A stretch of 64,000 nucleotides of DNA from Flavipsychrobacter sp. (GCA_965228505.1 OZ245820.1:2681336-2745335), one strand, 5' to 3'; positions 19,631-30,259 are shown, counted from the first letter of the stretch. A program made the numbers and translations. The notes: generated from the sequence alone by a model not told the origin.

Positions 19631-20891
19631 TAAGCTCCATTAGCTTATCTATTTCTCCTTTGTTATTGTAAATATGAGTAGATACACGTAAACAATTCAA
19701 GCCATTTTCAGGTACTGCTCGTATCCTTATCCTCTTATCCAAACAATGAATAAAGAATTCTTTATAATCAACATTACGTATCATGAAACCATTTATACCA
19801 CAATAAGATATACTTTCTGTTGGCGTTAATAATTCTACTTTATCTCCAAAACCCAGTAAACGCTCTTGTACATATGCACCTAAATACTTAACCCTGTTGT
19901 AGATATTTTCTATGCCGATGCTTTCAATAAATTCTATTGCTGCCATCACACCCATGGCATTGGGTAATGAGCGTGTACCACCAAAGTATTTATGTGCTGT
20001 ATCTTTCATATCGGCCATTAATGCCGGATCAACAGTAAGGTCCCAGTTTCCCATGTCACCTTCACCCCCGACAAAATAAGGTTGCACCATATCCTGCATA
20101 TTTTCATTAATATACAAAAACCCACTACCCTTAGGCCCCAGCATCCATTTATGGAAACACCCTGCGTATGTATCGCAACCAATATCCTGTAAATCAACAG
20201 GCAACATACCCGGCCCGTGCGCCCCATCTATACATGAATAAATACCTTTAGATCTGGCGAGTGTACAAATATCTTTTACAGGCAGCACCTGCCCCTGTGT
20301 ACAAGGAATGTGCGGAACAGCTATAACCCTTGTTCGTTTAGATATGAGGTCTTCTATCCTTTCAAGTGTTTCAGCAGCAGTTTTAGCAGGCGTGAATGTT
20401 TTGATAACAATACCATCTACTTGTTGGCGGCGGAGCCAAGGCAATGCATTACCTACATGTTCATGTGTGGTGAGTATCACTTCATCTTTCCTTTTTAACG
20501 GTAATCCCCACACAACAATATTGATCCCTTCTGTAACATTGTGAGTTAAGGCGATCTCTTTCTTATCAACATTTAAAAACCGGGCTATAGGTTTGACCGC
20601 CTTATTGTAACCATTATAATCACCATCTCTTTCGTTTATCATGATGCCTTTATGAACAGCGTCGATTACCGGGTATGGGGATGGCCCCATCGTACCATTA
20701 TTCAAATAAGCCCTGTCTTTTGTTAAAGGGAAAAGTTGGCGAACATTTTTCCAGTATTCTTCATCATCAGGTGCTACATCTCCGTTGTGTGTTTCAAGCT
20801 GTTTTTTTGCTGCTAAGACATCTATCTCACTGAATGAGCAAGCTGCTAATAATGCAGCCGATCTTAAAAAATTTCTGCGGCCAAATTCCAT
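19611..20891 (-). CDS. class V aminotransferase / cysteine desulfurase-like PLP enzyme with Tat-type signal
   Basis: 426 aa with twin-arginine leader MEFGRRNFLRSAALLAA and a PLP-lysine region GCFHKWMLGPKGSG. Confidence 0.75.
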   Translation of the reverse strand: MEFGRRNFLRSAALLAACSFSEIDVLAAKKQLETHNGDVAPDDEEYWKNVRQLFPLTKDRAYLNNGTMGPSPYPVIDAVHKGIMINERDGDYNGYNKAVKPIARFLNVDKKEIALTHNVTEGINIVVWGLPLKRKDEVILTTHEHVGNALPWLRRQQVDGIVIKTFTPAKTAAETLERIEDLISKRTRVIAVPHIPCTQGQVLPVKDICTLARSKGIYSCIDGAHGPGMLPVDLQDIGCDTYAGCFHKWMLGPKGSGFLYINENMQDMVQPYFVGGEGDMGNWDLTVDPALMADMKDTAHKYFGGTRSLPNAMGVMAAIEFIESIGIENIYNRVKYLGAYVQERLLGFGDKVELLTPTESISYCGINGFMIRNVDYKEFFIHCLDKRIRIRAVPENGLNCLRVSTHIYNNKGEIDKLMELIDKYSV

Positions 20892-20943
20892 AAGGTTATA
20901 GTTTGCATATGAAAGTAATACATATTAAACCTTATTAAAAGCA

Positions 20944-21423
20944 CTAATTATTTTTAGCTGGTATCAGTGTATAGCCATAACCATCATAATAATTGTCTGC
21001 CAGCTTAAGCGAATCGTTATAGATACCTTCTACTTTCCAGTTCACAAAACCTGATATTACGTATGTAGCATCTCCGGTGGTAATATCTCTCTGAGGCTTC
21101 CAATTTATTTTCTGACGTTTCTCCTCGCCATTTTCCTCCCTTATCATTTCATTATCAGTGATGGTAATAAATGTATTGTCGTAATGAGCAATATCATCCC
21201 CCGTAAGCCCTCCAATCCGGTACAACATCTGCCATTTTCTGTTTACTACATTTCTTTTGATCGTCTCCAATGGTTTATCGTGCAGAACTATATTCGATTC
21301 ATATTCAACATTCTCCTCCTTGCCGGTTTTACCTGCGGTCTGGCTACTTTTCATTTTAGAAGTAGTATCGCAAGAAATAACGAACAGAAATAAAAACGAG
21401 ATAAATAATGACCGGAGACCCAT
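20944..21423 (-). CDS. hypothetical lipoprotein
   Basis: 159 aa with lipobox FLFVISC. I recognise no family. Confidence 0.5.
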   Translation of the reverse strand: MGLRSLFISFLFLFVISCDTTSKMKSSQTAGKTGKEENVEYESNIVLHDKPLETIKRNVVNRKWQMLYRIGGLTGDDIAHYDNTFITITDNEMIREENGEEKRQKINWKPQRDITTGDATYVISGFVNWKVEGIYNDSLKLADNYYDGYGYTLIPAKNN

Positions 21424-21471
21424 ATGAGATAATTAATATGATGCGATGTAAATGTACTAAATCACGTTTCC

Positions 21472-22398
21472 TTATTCATTTCTGAACCTAGGATGGTACT
21501 GCTCCAACGTTTTGCGTAAATAACCTCTGTCTAAGTGTGTGTATATCTCAGTGGTAGTAATACTTTTATGTCCGAGCATTTCCTGTACTGCGCGCAGGTC
21601 GGCACCTGCTTCAACTAAATGAGTTGCAAAAGAGTGTCTTAATGTATGGGGGTGAATGTTCTTTTTGATACCGCTTTTCGCTGTCAGGTCTTTAAGTACA
21701 AGGAATACCATTACCCTGGATAACTGTCCTCCTCGCCTGTTCAGGAACAATATATCTTCACATCCTTTTTTGATGGTTTTCAGGTGCGGCCTGACATGAT
21801 CCTTGTATAGTTTTATCTGCTTTATTGCTGTATTTCCGATAGGTACCAACCTCTCTTTATTACCCTTACCGATCACCCTTACAAACTCGACATCCAGATA
21901 CAGGTCTGACAATTTCAACCCGACTAATTCACTCACCCTTAACCCGCAACTGTACATTGTTTCCAACATTGCACGGTTACGCTGTCCTTCAGGTGTACTA
22001 TGGTCTATTACACTAAAAAGCTGTTCAATCTCATCAATACTCAGGTGTACAGGCAGCCCTCTTTTTAACTTTGGCGCTTCTAATAATTCTGTAGGGTCTT
22101 CCCTGACCACCTCTTCTAACATCAGGTATTTAAAAAACGCCTTAATACCGCTTAGTATACGTGCTTGCGTATTGGCTGTAAGCTCCAATTCATTGATGTA
22201 TGCAAGAAATGATTGTAGGTGTGCCAGTTTGATAGATGTAATAGCGGTATTCTCCTGTTCATTATAAATGTACTCTCCTAATAGCTCAACATCGTGTATG
22301 TAGGCATTTACCGTATTGTCAGATAAAGAACGTTCGAGTTGTAAATAGGCTTTAAAACCTTTCAAATATGCTGCCCATACTTTGTTGTCTTTACTCAT
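21472..22398 (-). CDS. xerD: site-specific tyrosine recombinase XerD
   Basis: N-terminal SAM-like domain (YLQLERSLSDNTVNAY). Catalytic residues lie in ...GLRVSEL..., HTLRHSFATHL and EIYTHL. The likely start is ATG 22398 (MSKDNKVW), overlapping the marR stop by 8 nt. The track ORF extends to 22470. Confidence 0.85.
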   Translation of the reverse strand: MSKDNKVWAAYLKGFKAYLQLERSLSDNTVNAYIHDVELLGEYIYNEQENTAITSIKLAHLQSFLAYINELELTANTQARILSGIKAFFKYLMLEEVVREDPTELLEAPKLKRGLPVHLSIDEIEQLFSVIDHSTPEGQRNRAMLETMYSCGLRVSELVGLKLSDLYLDVEFVRVIGKGNKERLVPIGNTAIKQIKLYKDHVRPHLKTIKKGCEDILFLNRRGGQLSRVMVFLVLKDLTAKSGIKKNIHPHTLRHSFATHLVEAGADLRAVQEMLGHKSITTTEIYTHLDRGYLRKTLEQYHPRFRNE

Positions 22399-22849
22399 CG
22401 CGCATTTTGTCAAGCAGGTCGCCCATGCCCTGAGCTTCATCCGCAGTGATGTTATCTGCAATTTTAGCAAATACAGGTTTCAACGCAGGCTCTATTTCTG
22501 TAAGCAGTCCAAGCCCTTTTGGTGTGATTGCAATATCTACTCGTCTACGGTTCTCTTTGCTTTCGGTACGCGTTACCAACTCTTTCGCTACAAGTTTATC
22601 AATTAGTCTGGATACGTTCGACATCTTTTGTATCATGCGCTCTTGTATAGCATACAAGTTCATTGGATCTCCTTTTTGCCCTCTAAGTATGCGCAACACA
22701 TTATATTGCGGCTCAGTTATACCAAAAGGTTTTAACGTTTGTCCCATACGTTGCTGTAGCCATACTCCGGTGAACATGATATTGAGCATTGCTCTCTGGT
22801 ACGGATCAGTAATAGGCTTCGTTATAAGATGTTCCTCTATTTTCGGCAT
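22391..22849 (-). CDS. MarR family transcriptional regulator
   Basis: 152 aa with a winged-helix region (ITEPQYNVLRIL...RLIDKLVAKELVTR). Confidence 0.85.
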   Translation of the reverse strand: MPKIEEHLITKPITDPYQRAMLNIMFTGVWLQQRMGQTLKPFGITEPQYNVLRILRGQKGDPMNLYAIQERMIQKMSNVSRLIDKLVAKELVTRTESKENRRRVDIAITPKGLGLLTEIEPALKPVFAKIADNITADEAQGMGDLLDKMRDE

Positions 22850-22935
22850 AATGCAGAGCGATTTTAAAGTAAAGCGGCGAGTACAAAAATATACAATACT
22901 ATTTATTTATTAATATTGTCTGAAATGCAGATTTA

Positions 22936-23376
22936 ATGTTAAAGATCGCGATCATAAACGGACCTAACCTGAACCTGCTCGGTACACGTGAAAAAGACAT
23001 TTACGGTAGCCAAAGCTTTGATGGTTTTTTATCGGGTTTGCGCACTCAGTACCCTGATATTACGTTTAGCTACTTCCAAAGTAATGTTGAGGGCGAACTG
23101 GTGAACTATATACAAAATTGCAGGCTTAATTCTGATGGCATTATCTTTAATGGAGCAGGGTATACACATACCAGTGTGGCTATTGCAGATGCTATTGCAG
23201 CTATAGATGTACCTGTAATTGAAGTGCATATTTCAAATATATATGCAAGGGAAGATTTCAGAAAAACATCTTTGACAGCTACAAACTGCATTGGCTGTAT
23301 TACCGGGCTGGGGCTGAAAGGATATGAGCTAGCGCTACAATACTTTATAGCCAACTTAAGGCCTGAAACCTCTTAA
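22936..23376 (+). CDS. aroQ: type II 3-dehydroquinate dehydratase
   Basis: N-terminus MLKIAIINGPNLNLLGTREKDIYG and ...EVHISNIYAREDFR... are canonical. Confidence 0.9.
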   Translation: MLKIAIINGPNLNLLGTREKDIYGSQSFDGFLSGLRTQYPDITFSYFQSNVEGELVNYIQNCRLNSDGIIFNGAGYTHTSVAIADAIAAIDVPVIEVHISNIYAREDFRKTSLTATNCIGCITGLGLKGYELALQYFIANLRPETS

Positions 23377-24291
23377 AAAGGCTTCTACATCCATTCTTTT
23401 TTTGCCTTGTAACTGTAACTCGTCAAGATATAACCAGCCGTCTTTAGCAGCAAAGCGCAGATAGGTTTTACCATCAGTATCATAATCTCCCTGCTGCTTT
23501 TCTATATTGCTAACCTCTTCAATATGCGACTTATATACCTTTAATATTTTACCTTGTAACTCAGTAATGGCAGCCGGATATGGTGATAACCCACGTATAT
23601 GATCATGTATCTGTTTAACTGGCTTACTCCAATCTATATAAGTATCTTCTTTAAATATTTTAGGTGCAGGTTTCAGGTCGGTCTCAGGTATATCGTCTTG
23701 TGGTATTTCTGTTAATGAATTGGCTGCAAGGCCTTTTGCTGTTTCAACGATCAGGTCTGCCCCTTCCTTCATCAGCTTTTCGTAAAGTGTGCCTACATTA
23801 TCTTCAGGCAGTATCGGTACTTTCTTTTGCAGCAGAATATCTCCGGTATCAATTTCATGCTTCAGTTTAAATGTTGTTACGCCCGTCTCTTTCTCTCCAT
23901 TCATTATAGCCCTGTTAATAGGGGCTGCACCACGATATTGCGGCAATAAAGAACCATGTACATTGATAGTGCCCATGGGTGGCATGTCCCAAACTGCTAC
24001 AGGCAGCATCCTGAATGCCACAACAACCTGTAAATCAGCCTTAAGTGCAGCTAACTCATCCAAAAACACAGGATCTTTCAATCTTTCAGGTTGCAGTACC
24101 TGCAAGCCTTGCTTAAGAGCATACTCTTTTACTGCAGACTGTTGTAATTGCATGCCCCTGCCAGCCGGCTTATCAGGCGCAGTAATGACTGCTACTACAT
24201 TAGCACCTGCATCTACTAATGCTTTTAGTGATGCAACTGCAAATTCGGGTGTTCCTAAAAATATTATTCTGAGGTCTTCAAATGCCGACAT
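23356..24291 (-). CDS. fmt: methionyl-tRNA formyltransferase
   Basis: RIIFLGTPEFAV..., HGSLLPQYRGAAPI, plus a C-terminal formyltransferase domain. The track start 24300 is TTG, and the ATG at 24291 is likely. Confidence 0.9.
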   Translation of the reverse strand: MSAFEDLRIIFLGTPEFAVASLKALVDAGANVVAVITAPDKPAGRGMQLQQSAVKEYALKQGLQVLQPERLKDPVFLDELAALKADLQVVVAFRMLPVAVWDMPPMGTINVHGSLLPQYRGAAPINRAIMNGEKETGVTTFKLKHEIDTGDILLQKKVPILPEDNVGTLYEKLMKEGADLIVETAKGLAANSLTEIPQDDIPETDLKPAPKIFKEDTYIDWSKPVKQIHDHIRGLSPYPAAITELQGKILKVYKSHIEEVSNIEKQQGDYDTDGKTYLRFAAKDGWLYLDELQLQGKKRMDVEAFLRGFRP

Positions 24292-24367
24292 AAGCCACAA
24301 AACTAAAATGTTGTTAAGATAAACCTATGCTTTAAACCCTGAAAAGCTATTTTAGTCTTATAAAGGA

Positions 24368-24940
24368 ATGCTACAGCATATGCCTGAAGCCGATATCCAT
24401 ACAGACGATAACCATCTACTCGCTTCGTTCAACAATGAAGAGACAAAGGAAAAAGCCTTCACACAACTGGTAAAAAAGTACCAGCAAAAGCTGTATTGGC
24501 ATATCCGCAGGCTGGTCGTGACACATGATGACACAGACGATATATTACAGCATGTATTTATAAAGATGTGGCACAACCTGGGCTCTTTCAGAGGGGAATC
24601 AGGGCTGTATACATGGCTGTACCGTATAGCAACAAATGAAACCCTTACCTGGCTGGATAAAGAGAAACGAAGAAGAGCAGTCTCATTGGATATGGATGAT
24701 GGGCTCTTGAGCGAACAGTTAGTGGCGCAGAAGGGTTTTGATGCACGTAAAGCAGAGTGGAAACTTCAACAAGCAATACAGTCTTTACCTGAGAAACAGA
24801 GAGTAGTATTCAGCCTGAGATATTATGATGAAATGCCTTATGAAGAAATGGCAAAAGTACTGGACACTTCAGAAGGGGCGTTAAAAGCATCTTACCACCA
24901 TGCAGCAAAAAAAGTAGAAGCATTTATTAAACTAGGTTAA
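24368..24940 (+). CDS. ECF (sigma-70 family) RNA polymerase sigma factor
   Basis: 190 aa with region 2 (...LYWHIRRLV...DDTDDILQHVFIKMW) and region 4 (QRVVFSLRYYDEMPYEEMAKVLDTSEGALKASYHHA). Confidence 0.85.
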   Translation: MLQHMPEADIHTDDNHLLASFNNEETKEKAFTQLVKKYQQKLYWHIRRLVVTHDDTDDILQHVFIKMWHNLGSFRGESGLYTWLYRIATNETLTWLDKEKRRRAVSLDMDDGLLSEQLVAQKGFDARKAEWKLQQAIQSLPEKQRVVFSLRYYDEMPYEEMAKVLDTSEGALKASYHHAAKKVEAFIKLG

Positions 24941-24972
24941 ACCATAAATAATATATAAGGTCTAATAAAAAG

Positions 24973-25518
24973 ATGAAGCACCCGGAGGACATATCGAAGG
25001 AACTAAAAGAGCTGAGCAGCATATTGTCTGAACAGTCTCGTAGTATGCCTTATGAGGTACCTGATGGCTACTTCAACGAGTTTACTGTCAATATAGCTGA
25101 CCACCTGCAATTAAAAGAACAGGCAGGGGCAAATATGCCGGGTGTTGTTCCGGAAAGATATTTCGAGACATTACCATCTCAACTGCTCAATAAAATAAAA
25201 CAAGATACGCCTCGCAAAGGCAATACTATAAACCTAACTATCAGGTGGGCTGTAGCAGCGGCCTTGCTTGTACTGGTAAGTATCGGCGGCTACCATGTTA
25301 TGAATACCGGTGACAGTAGTTTTGAAAAGCAACTGGCCACCATACCAGAATCAGAGTTAAGTGAATACATAAACAATAACATCAACCAGTTTGATATTGA
25401 GACAATAGAAAACGAACTACTAGCCGACAACAATACTGGTATATCAACCCAACAGCTTCACGAAGATGATATAGTCAACTACCTGAATGAAACCGGTTGG
25501 GCAGATCAAATAAAATAA
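24973..25518 (+). CDS. putative anti-sigma factor (single-pass membrane protein)
   Basis: 181 aa immediately downstream of the ECF sigma gene, with one TM (WAVAAALLVLVSIGGY). The call rests on position only. Confidence 0.4.
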   Translation: MKHPEDISKELKELSSILSEQSRSMPYEVPDGYFNEFTVNIADHLQLKEQAGANMPGVVPERYFETLPSQLLNKIKQDTPRKGNTINLTIRWAVAAALLVLVSIGGYHVMNTGDSSFEKQLATIPESELSEYINNNINQFDIETIENELLADNNTGISTQQLHEDDIVNYLNETGWADQIK

Positions 25519-25524
25519 TAAGTG

Positions 25525-25983
25525 ATGAAAAGTATAGCAGGCATTTTAATATTGATACTTATAAGCTTAAGTGTATTCGCGCAGCGTCATGACGGTGGAC
25601 ACGATAAACATGAACGCATCAAAGCACTGAAGATCGGTTATATTACAGACAAGCTTGACCTAACAGCAAAGCAATCTGAAAAATTCTGGCCGGTGTATAA
25701 TGAATATGAGCGCAAACGCAGGGATGTACGAAGAACATTTTTCGAAGCCTACAAAGAAAAAAATCTAACTTCTGACAAGCACACGGCACATCAATATGTA
25801 AACGATAACCTAGACTACCAGCAAGCAGAGCTTGACCTGAAAAAAGAATACAAAGACAAGCTTTTAAAGGTTATTTCAGAACAACAACTTGCTGAACTAT
25901 ACCAGGCTGAACATGATTTTAAAAAGCGCCTGTTAGAAGAGCTGCATCACAGGAGAGGCAGTCATGGCGACAGAAAAAAATAG
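25525..25983 (+). CDS. periplasmic Spy/CpxP-like (LTxxQ motif) protein
   Basis: Signal peptide MKSIAGILILILISLSVFAQ, LTAKQ motif, helical and highly charged. The track start 25522 is GTG, with ATG at 25525. Confidence 0.45.
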   Translation: MKSIAGILILILISLSVFAQRHDGGHDKHERIKALKIGYITDKLDLTAKQSEKFWPVYNEYERKRRDVRRTFFEAYKEKNLTSDKHTAHQYVNDNLDYQQAELDLKKEYKDKLLKVISEQQLAELYQAEHDFKKRLLEELHHRRGSHGDRKK

Positions 25984-26730
25984 CTACAGCCTACTGACCG
26001 CATTGTCTACATCATGATAAAATAGAAACCTCCAGCCTTCTGCCCTGCCCTGTTCAGCGTATTTCTCCCTTAAAGCCAATGCTTTTTTACCATCATAGTC
26101 ATATTTGGCTACATATTTGATGACCATTTGCTTGCGCTGCGGTGCTTCATCGCCGCCAAAAAACACTTTGTCCTCACCATCATCAATCAGGAAAACTATA
26201 TGCTGAGGGCTATGTCCGCCTGAATGATAATACTTGATATAACTATCAATATCGCCTTCCGGTTCTTCTATCCATTTAACCTGCACTGAGGTAAGCAAAG
26301 GGTCAATATCTTCAGGATGAAAAGAAGGCATACCCTGTTCTAATGCAAACTCTGCTTCAGCCCTGTATATATAGTAATCAGCATTAGGGAACGAAGTTTT
26401 AACCAGTCCGTCCTTATCCTTATATACAACCCCACCGGAGTGATCTTTATGCAAATGTGTTAATAATACCTTAGTTACATCTTCGGGCGTATACCCCTGT
26501 TTTTTAAGGTTAGCATGTATCTGCAACTCACCGTTATCATTCTTGTAACCGAGCCCTGTATCCAGAATAATGACATCTTTTTCTGTTACTACAAGAAATG
26601 GCTGTATCTCAACCAACAGAGAGCCTCTTGCCCTGTCAGTCAACTCATCGTTATCAACATTAAAAGGATGAAACTGCTTATCATGCCCTACAGTAAAAAC
26701 ACCTTCGGATAAAGGGAATATTTTTGCCAT
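25984..26730 (-). CDS. MBL-fold metallo-hydrolase
   Basis: 248 aa with metal motif THLHKDHSGG. Confidence 0.8.
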   Translation of the reverse strand: MAKIFPLSEGVFTVGHDKQFHPFNVDNDELTDRARGSLLVEIQPFLVVTEKDVIILDTGLGYKNDNGELQIHANLKKQGYTPEDVTKVLLTHLHKDHSGGVVYKDKDGLVKTSFPNADYYIYRAEAEFALEQGMPSFHPEDIDPLLTSVQVKWIEEPEGDIDSYIKYYHSGGHSPQHIVFLIDDGEDKVFFGGDEAPQRKQMVIKYVAKYDYDGKKALALREKYAEQGRAEGWRFLFYHDVDNAVSRL

Positions 26731-26748
26731 GGGCGCAAAGTTAAGCCA

Positions 26749-28071
26749 TCAACGGATCATAACATGGCGATCAGCATCTAATCTTAACAATATGAATATA
26801 AGTATACTGAATGACAACAGAGAAGTACCCCCATAACTAAGCAATGGCAATGTAATACCTATTACCGGTGCCAGACCAATGGTCATTGATATATTAATAG
26901 CAAAGTGAAAGAAGAGTATTGAGGCAACACAATACCCGTATATGCGGCTGAATGCTGACCGTTGTTTTTCTGCAATAAAAAGAATGCGCATCATTAATGC
27001 GAGATATATGAGTACCAATGCTGTACTCCCTAAAAAACCGAATTGTTCACCAATTGCACAGAATATAAAATCAGTATTCTGCTCGGGAACGAATTCGTTT
27101 TTGGTAGATGTACCATTTAAAAATCCCTTACCTGCAAACCCGCCGGAACCTATTGCAATTTTTGACTGCCAAACGTTATACCCCGACACATTGATACTCC
27201 TGCGTTTACCAATATCTTCAGGGTCGAGATAAGCCTCCGGCACCTCTTGACCAATTGTTGTATAAATACGCTCTACCTGGTGTTTTTGCAGAACATTTTT
27301 AAATAAGAACGGTACTGCAAACTGGGAAAATAATATAGCGATCGCCCATGCACCAATCAATATCACCCTTGCCATCACCTCTCTACTAAGTGTTTTTCTT
27401 ATAAGAATACCAATAAGAATAGCAGCACCTGTGAGTAGGTAAAGCAATAACGTTTTATCAACAGTGAGTGTTATTATCGTAAGTGCAATACCCGAAAAGG
27501 CTGCAATGAGAATACCATGCGGCAAACCTTCGCGGTACATTACCAGAAAGAAAGAAAAGTACACCAAAGCTAATCCTGTCTCTTTCTGCAGAATGATGAG
27601 GATAGCCGGTACAAGTGCAAAGCCTGCCCCTACAAGCCTATGCGTGAAAGTCCTGAAATTGGTCTCAGAAGAAGATAAAAACTTAGCTAACGCAAGAGAT
27701 GTGAATATTTTACACATTTCCCCGGGCTGAAAACGAAATGCCCCTACACCCAGCCATGAGGATGACCCTTTTACACTGGTGCCTGCAAATATGGTAATCA
27801 ATAACAGAAATAAGCCAATAGTGTATGATAGGTAAGCTACTGATGAAAAGAACTTACTGTCAGTAAACATGATCAGTATGCCAACAAAAAATGATATGCC
27901 TAAAAACATCAACTGACGCGTATGGCTTTTACCACTCATCAGCCATGAGCTATCTGTACTGCGATACTCAACAGAGAATATCGCCAGTAAGCCAATTGCC
28001 ACCAGCAGGAGGTACAACAATATTGTTATACTATCCAGCCTGCTTACAAATGTTTTTTTATTACGGCTCAT
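26749..28071 (-). CDS. rodA: rod shape-determining protein RodA (FtsW/RodA/SpoVE family)
   Basis: 440 aa polytopic membrane protein directly downstream of PBP2. It has the conserved ...TDFIFCAIGEQFGFLG... segment. Confidence 0.85.
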   Translation of the reverse strand: MSRNKKTFVSRLDSITILLYLLLVAIGLLAIFSVEYRSTDSSWLMSGKSHTRQLMFLGISFFVGILIMFTDSKFFSSVAYLSYTIGLFLLLITIFAGTSVKGSSSWLGVGAFRFQPGEMCKIFTSLALAKFLSSSETNFRTFTHRLVGAGFALVPAILIILQKETGLALVYFSFFLVMYREGLPHGILIAAFSGIALTIITLTVDKTLLLYLLTGAAILIGILIRKTLSREVMARVILIGAWAIAILFSQFAVPFLFKNVLQKHQVERIYTTIGQEVPEAYLDPEDIGKRRSINVSGYNVWQSKIAIGSGGFAGKGFLNGTSTKNEFVPEQNTDFIFCAIGEQFGFLGSTALVLIYLALMMRILFIAEKQRSAFSRIYGYCVASILFFHFAINISMTIGLAPVIGITLPLLSYGGTSLLSFSILIFILLRLDADRHVMIR

Positions 28072-28074
28072 ATA

Positions 28075-30093
28075 CTACTTACCATATATACGGTCATACA
28101 GTTTATACGCTGCTACAGAATCTCTTGCTCTCTTTGTGCTATCAGCAATTCTTTCTCGCTCCAACCTGCGGTGATATCTTATGCTGTCCATATACTTCTG
28201 TTCTCTGTCTATCTCATATACATAAGGGCTAACAAGGTTAGCATTTAACAGTTTAGTTTCCAGAAATTTTCTTTTTGTTGCAATAGTGTCTGTAAGGTAC
28301 TTTTCCATCATAAGGCTGGCTACCGGCCCCGCCCATGTAGCACCATAGCCTGCATTTTCTACCACCACTGCTATAGCGATCCTGGGATCATCTTTAGGTG
28401 CGAAGGCTACAAATACCGAGTGGTCCTTCATTTTAATAACCTTGCCCCCTATCCTCGCTTTGTTCTCAACAGTACCTGTTTTAGCACACACTTTTATACT
28501 ATCAAGGTCGGCAACACGACCTGTACCTTTCAGCACCACATCATGCATACCATCTATCACCACCTGATAGGTCTCGTTCGAGATATTGGTCACTACATGT
28601 TTTTCGTGATAATCGTTGAGCATTGTATCGTTATACGCGCCACCTATGGTCTTTACCATATGCGGCGTGTAATAATAGCCCTTGTTCGCAATGATACACA
28701 TGGCATTGGCGAGCTGTAACGGCGTAAGTGCTATCTCACCCTGCCCCATACCTACGAACATGATATTACATGAGTTCCACGTACCTGCAGGATATATCCT
28801 GTTATAAGTGCCGGTATCAGGCAATGTACCCCCCAACTCAAAAGGCATATCCACCCCTGTAGGATGGCCAAACCCGAAATTATAATTGTACTCATACCAT
28901 TTGGCCACGCCATTCTTAACACCACCGAACTTTTCCGCATCTACCATCTTCCTGAAAATATGCACAAAGTAGGCATTGCAGGAGTTAGCCAATGCCAACC
29001 TCAAATTAGCAGCGTGACCTCCGCCACTATGTGTACAACCCAGCCTGCGCCCGCAATTATAATAACCACCACCACATGCAAAGCCAAAAGAAGGTGTGAT
29101 CACTCCTGCATCCAACGCTACCAGCGCAGTCATGGGTTTCATTGTAGAGCCGGGATTGTAGAACCCGCGAATGGCCCTGTTCAATAAAGGGTGTCGCGGG
29201 TCGACATACATATTACTGAAGTTTGCAGCACGTTTTCTGCCACTCAGCATATTAGGATCGTACGAAGGGGCACTGACCATAGCAATGATACCACCCGTTT
29301 TAGGCTCAATAGCCACCAACCCGCCGATCTTATTCTGCATCAATTGCTCGCCGTACTTCTGTAGCTCTGCATCTAAATATAACTCCAAGGAGCGCCCTGC
29401 CACCTCAGGTGTGTCTAATGCGCCTTTTTTATACGGGTCCGTAGGGCGGTTAAAATTATCCCGCTCCAGGAAGTGTATGCCTCGCTGTCCACGTAATACT
29501 TCTTCATAATGATACTCTAACCCTGAAATACCGATATAGTCACCTTGCCTGTATGAGCGATACCTGTCGGTCTTTAATTTCGATTTTGATATCTCACCGA
29601 TATACCCCAATATATGTGCAGCAGCCGAATCCGGATAAGTACGGATATAACGTTCTCCGAGTTCAAACCCGGGGAACTCAAAAATATTCTCCTGCAGACG
29701 GGCTGTCTGTGCCTGCGAGAGTTGTTCCATCATTACACTTTTGCGCAAAGGGCCATTACGCACTTTAGCACGATGAAACAGGCGGCTGTATTCGGCTGTA
29801 TCTATCTCCAATATCCTGCAAAGCGCCAGTGTATCTATGTCTTTAGGTACATTGTTGGCAGTTACCATCAGGTCGTACACCACCTTATTGTAGAGCATCA
29901 CATTGCCTTTACGATCGTAGATGACACCACGCGGCGGGTATACCACTTTACGGTAGATAGCAATATCATCTGCCAGTATCTTGTATTTGTCCTGAAACAA
30001 TTGCAGGTACAGCAGCTTACCTATGATGATGAGTGCCACCACAGTAAAAATGGACCAAATAACGTATCTGCGCGGTGCAGAGGCGAAAGACAT
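28075..30093 (-). CDS. mrdA: penicillin-binding protein 2 (elongation transpeptidase)
   Basis: 672 aa with an N-terminal TM, SxxK motif (PGSTMKP) and KTGT motif (AKTGTVEN). Confidence 0.9.
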   Translation of the reverse strand: MSFASAPRRYVIWSIFTVVALIIIGKLLYLQLFQDKYKILADDIAIYRKVVYPPRGVIYDRKGNVMLYNKVVYDLMVTANNVPKDIDTLALCRILEIDTAEYSRLFHRAKVRNGPLRKSVMMEQLSQAQTARLQENIFEFPGFELGERYIRTYPDSAAAHILGYIGEISKSKLKTDRYRSYRQGDYIGISGLEYHYEEVLRGQRGIHFLERDNFNRPTDPYKKGALDTPEVAGRSLELYLDAELQKYGEQLMQNKIGGLVAIEPKTGGIIAMVSAPSYDPNMLSGRKRAANFSNMYVDPRHPLLNRAIRGFYNPGSTMKPMTALVALDAGVITPSFGFACGGGYYNCGRRLGCTHSGGGHAANLRLALANSCNAYFVHIFRKMVDAEKFGGVKNGVAKWYEYNYNFGFGHPTGVDMPFELGGTLPDTGTYNRIYPAGTWNSCNIMFVGMGQGEIALTPLQLANAMCIIANKGYYYTPHMVKTIGGAYNDTMLNDYHEKHVVTNISNETYQVVIDGMHDVVLKGTGRVADLDSIKVCAKTGTVENKARIGGKVIKMKDHSVFVAFAPKDDPRIAIAVVVENAGYGATWAGPVASLMMEKYLTDTIATKRKFLETKLLNANLVSPYVYEIDREQKYMDSIRYHRRLERERIADSTKRARDSVAAYKLYDRIYGK

Positions 30094-30227
30094 GCTTTAA
30101 GAGTGAAAAATTTAAACTACTACAAACCTAGTAGAAAAAGATGATTTCTGCATAGGGTTGTCAGGTATGATTTTTCTGATAATGAGTACAGCCCTGATAT
30201 ACAGTAAAGAAAAATATGCGGTAAAAG

Positions 30228-30259
30228 TTTTGGCAATTTATCAGTTCGTCTTAACTTTG
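30228..30259 (+). promoter_or_regulatory. Bacteroidota sigma-A type promoter for tRNA-Gln
   Basis: TTTG at 30228-30231 and TAACTTTG (TAnnTTTG) at 30252-30259 with a 20-nt spacer. The tRNA starts 21 nt downstream. Confidence 0.45.

Noticed and set aside
29614-30144. 176-aa plus-strand ORF overlapping the 5' part of mrdA. Similar shadow ORFs are at 22446-22913, 23789-24322, 21803-22267, 16958-17492 and 54774-55151.
   Set aside because: All of them sit antisense to genes with strong family motifs and have no features of their own. I treat them as frame shadows.
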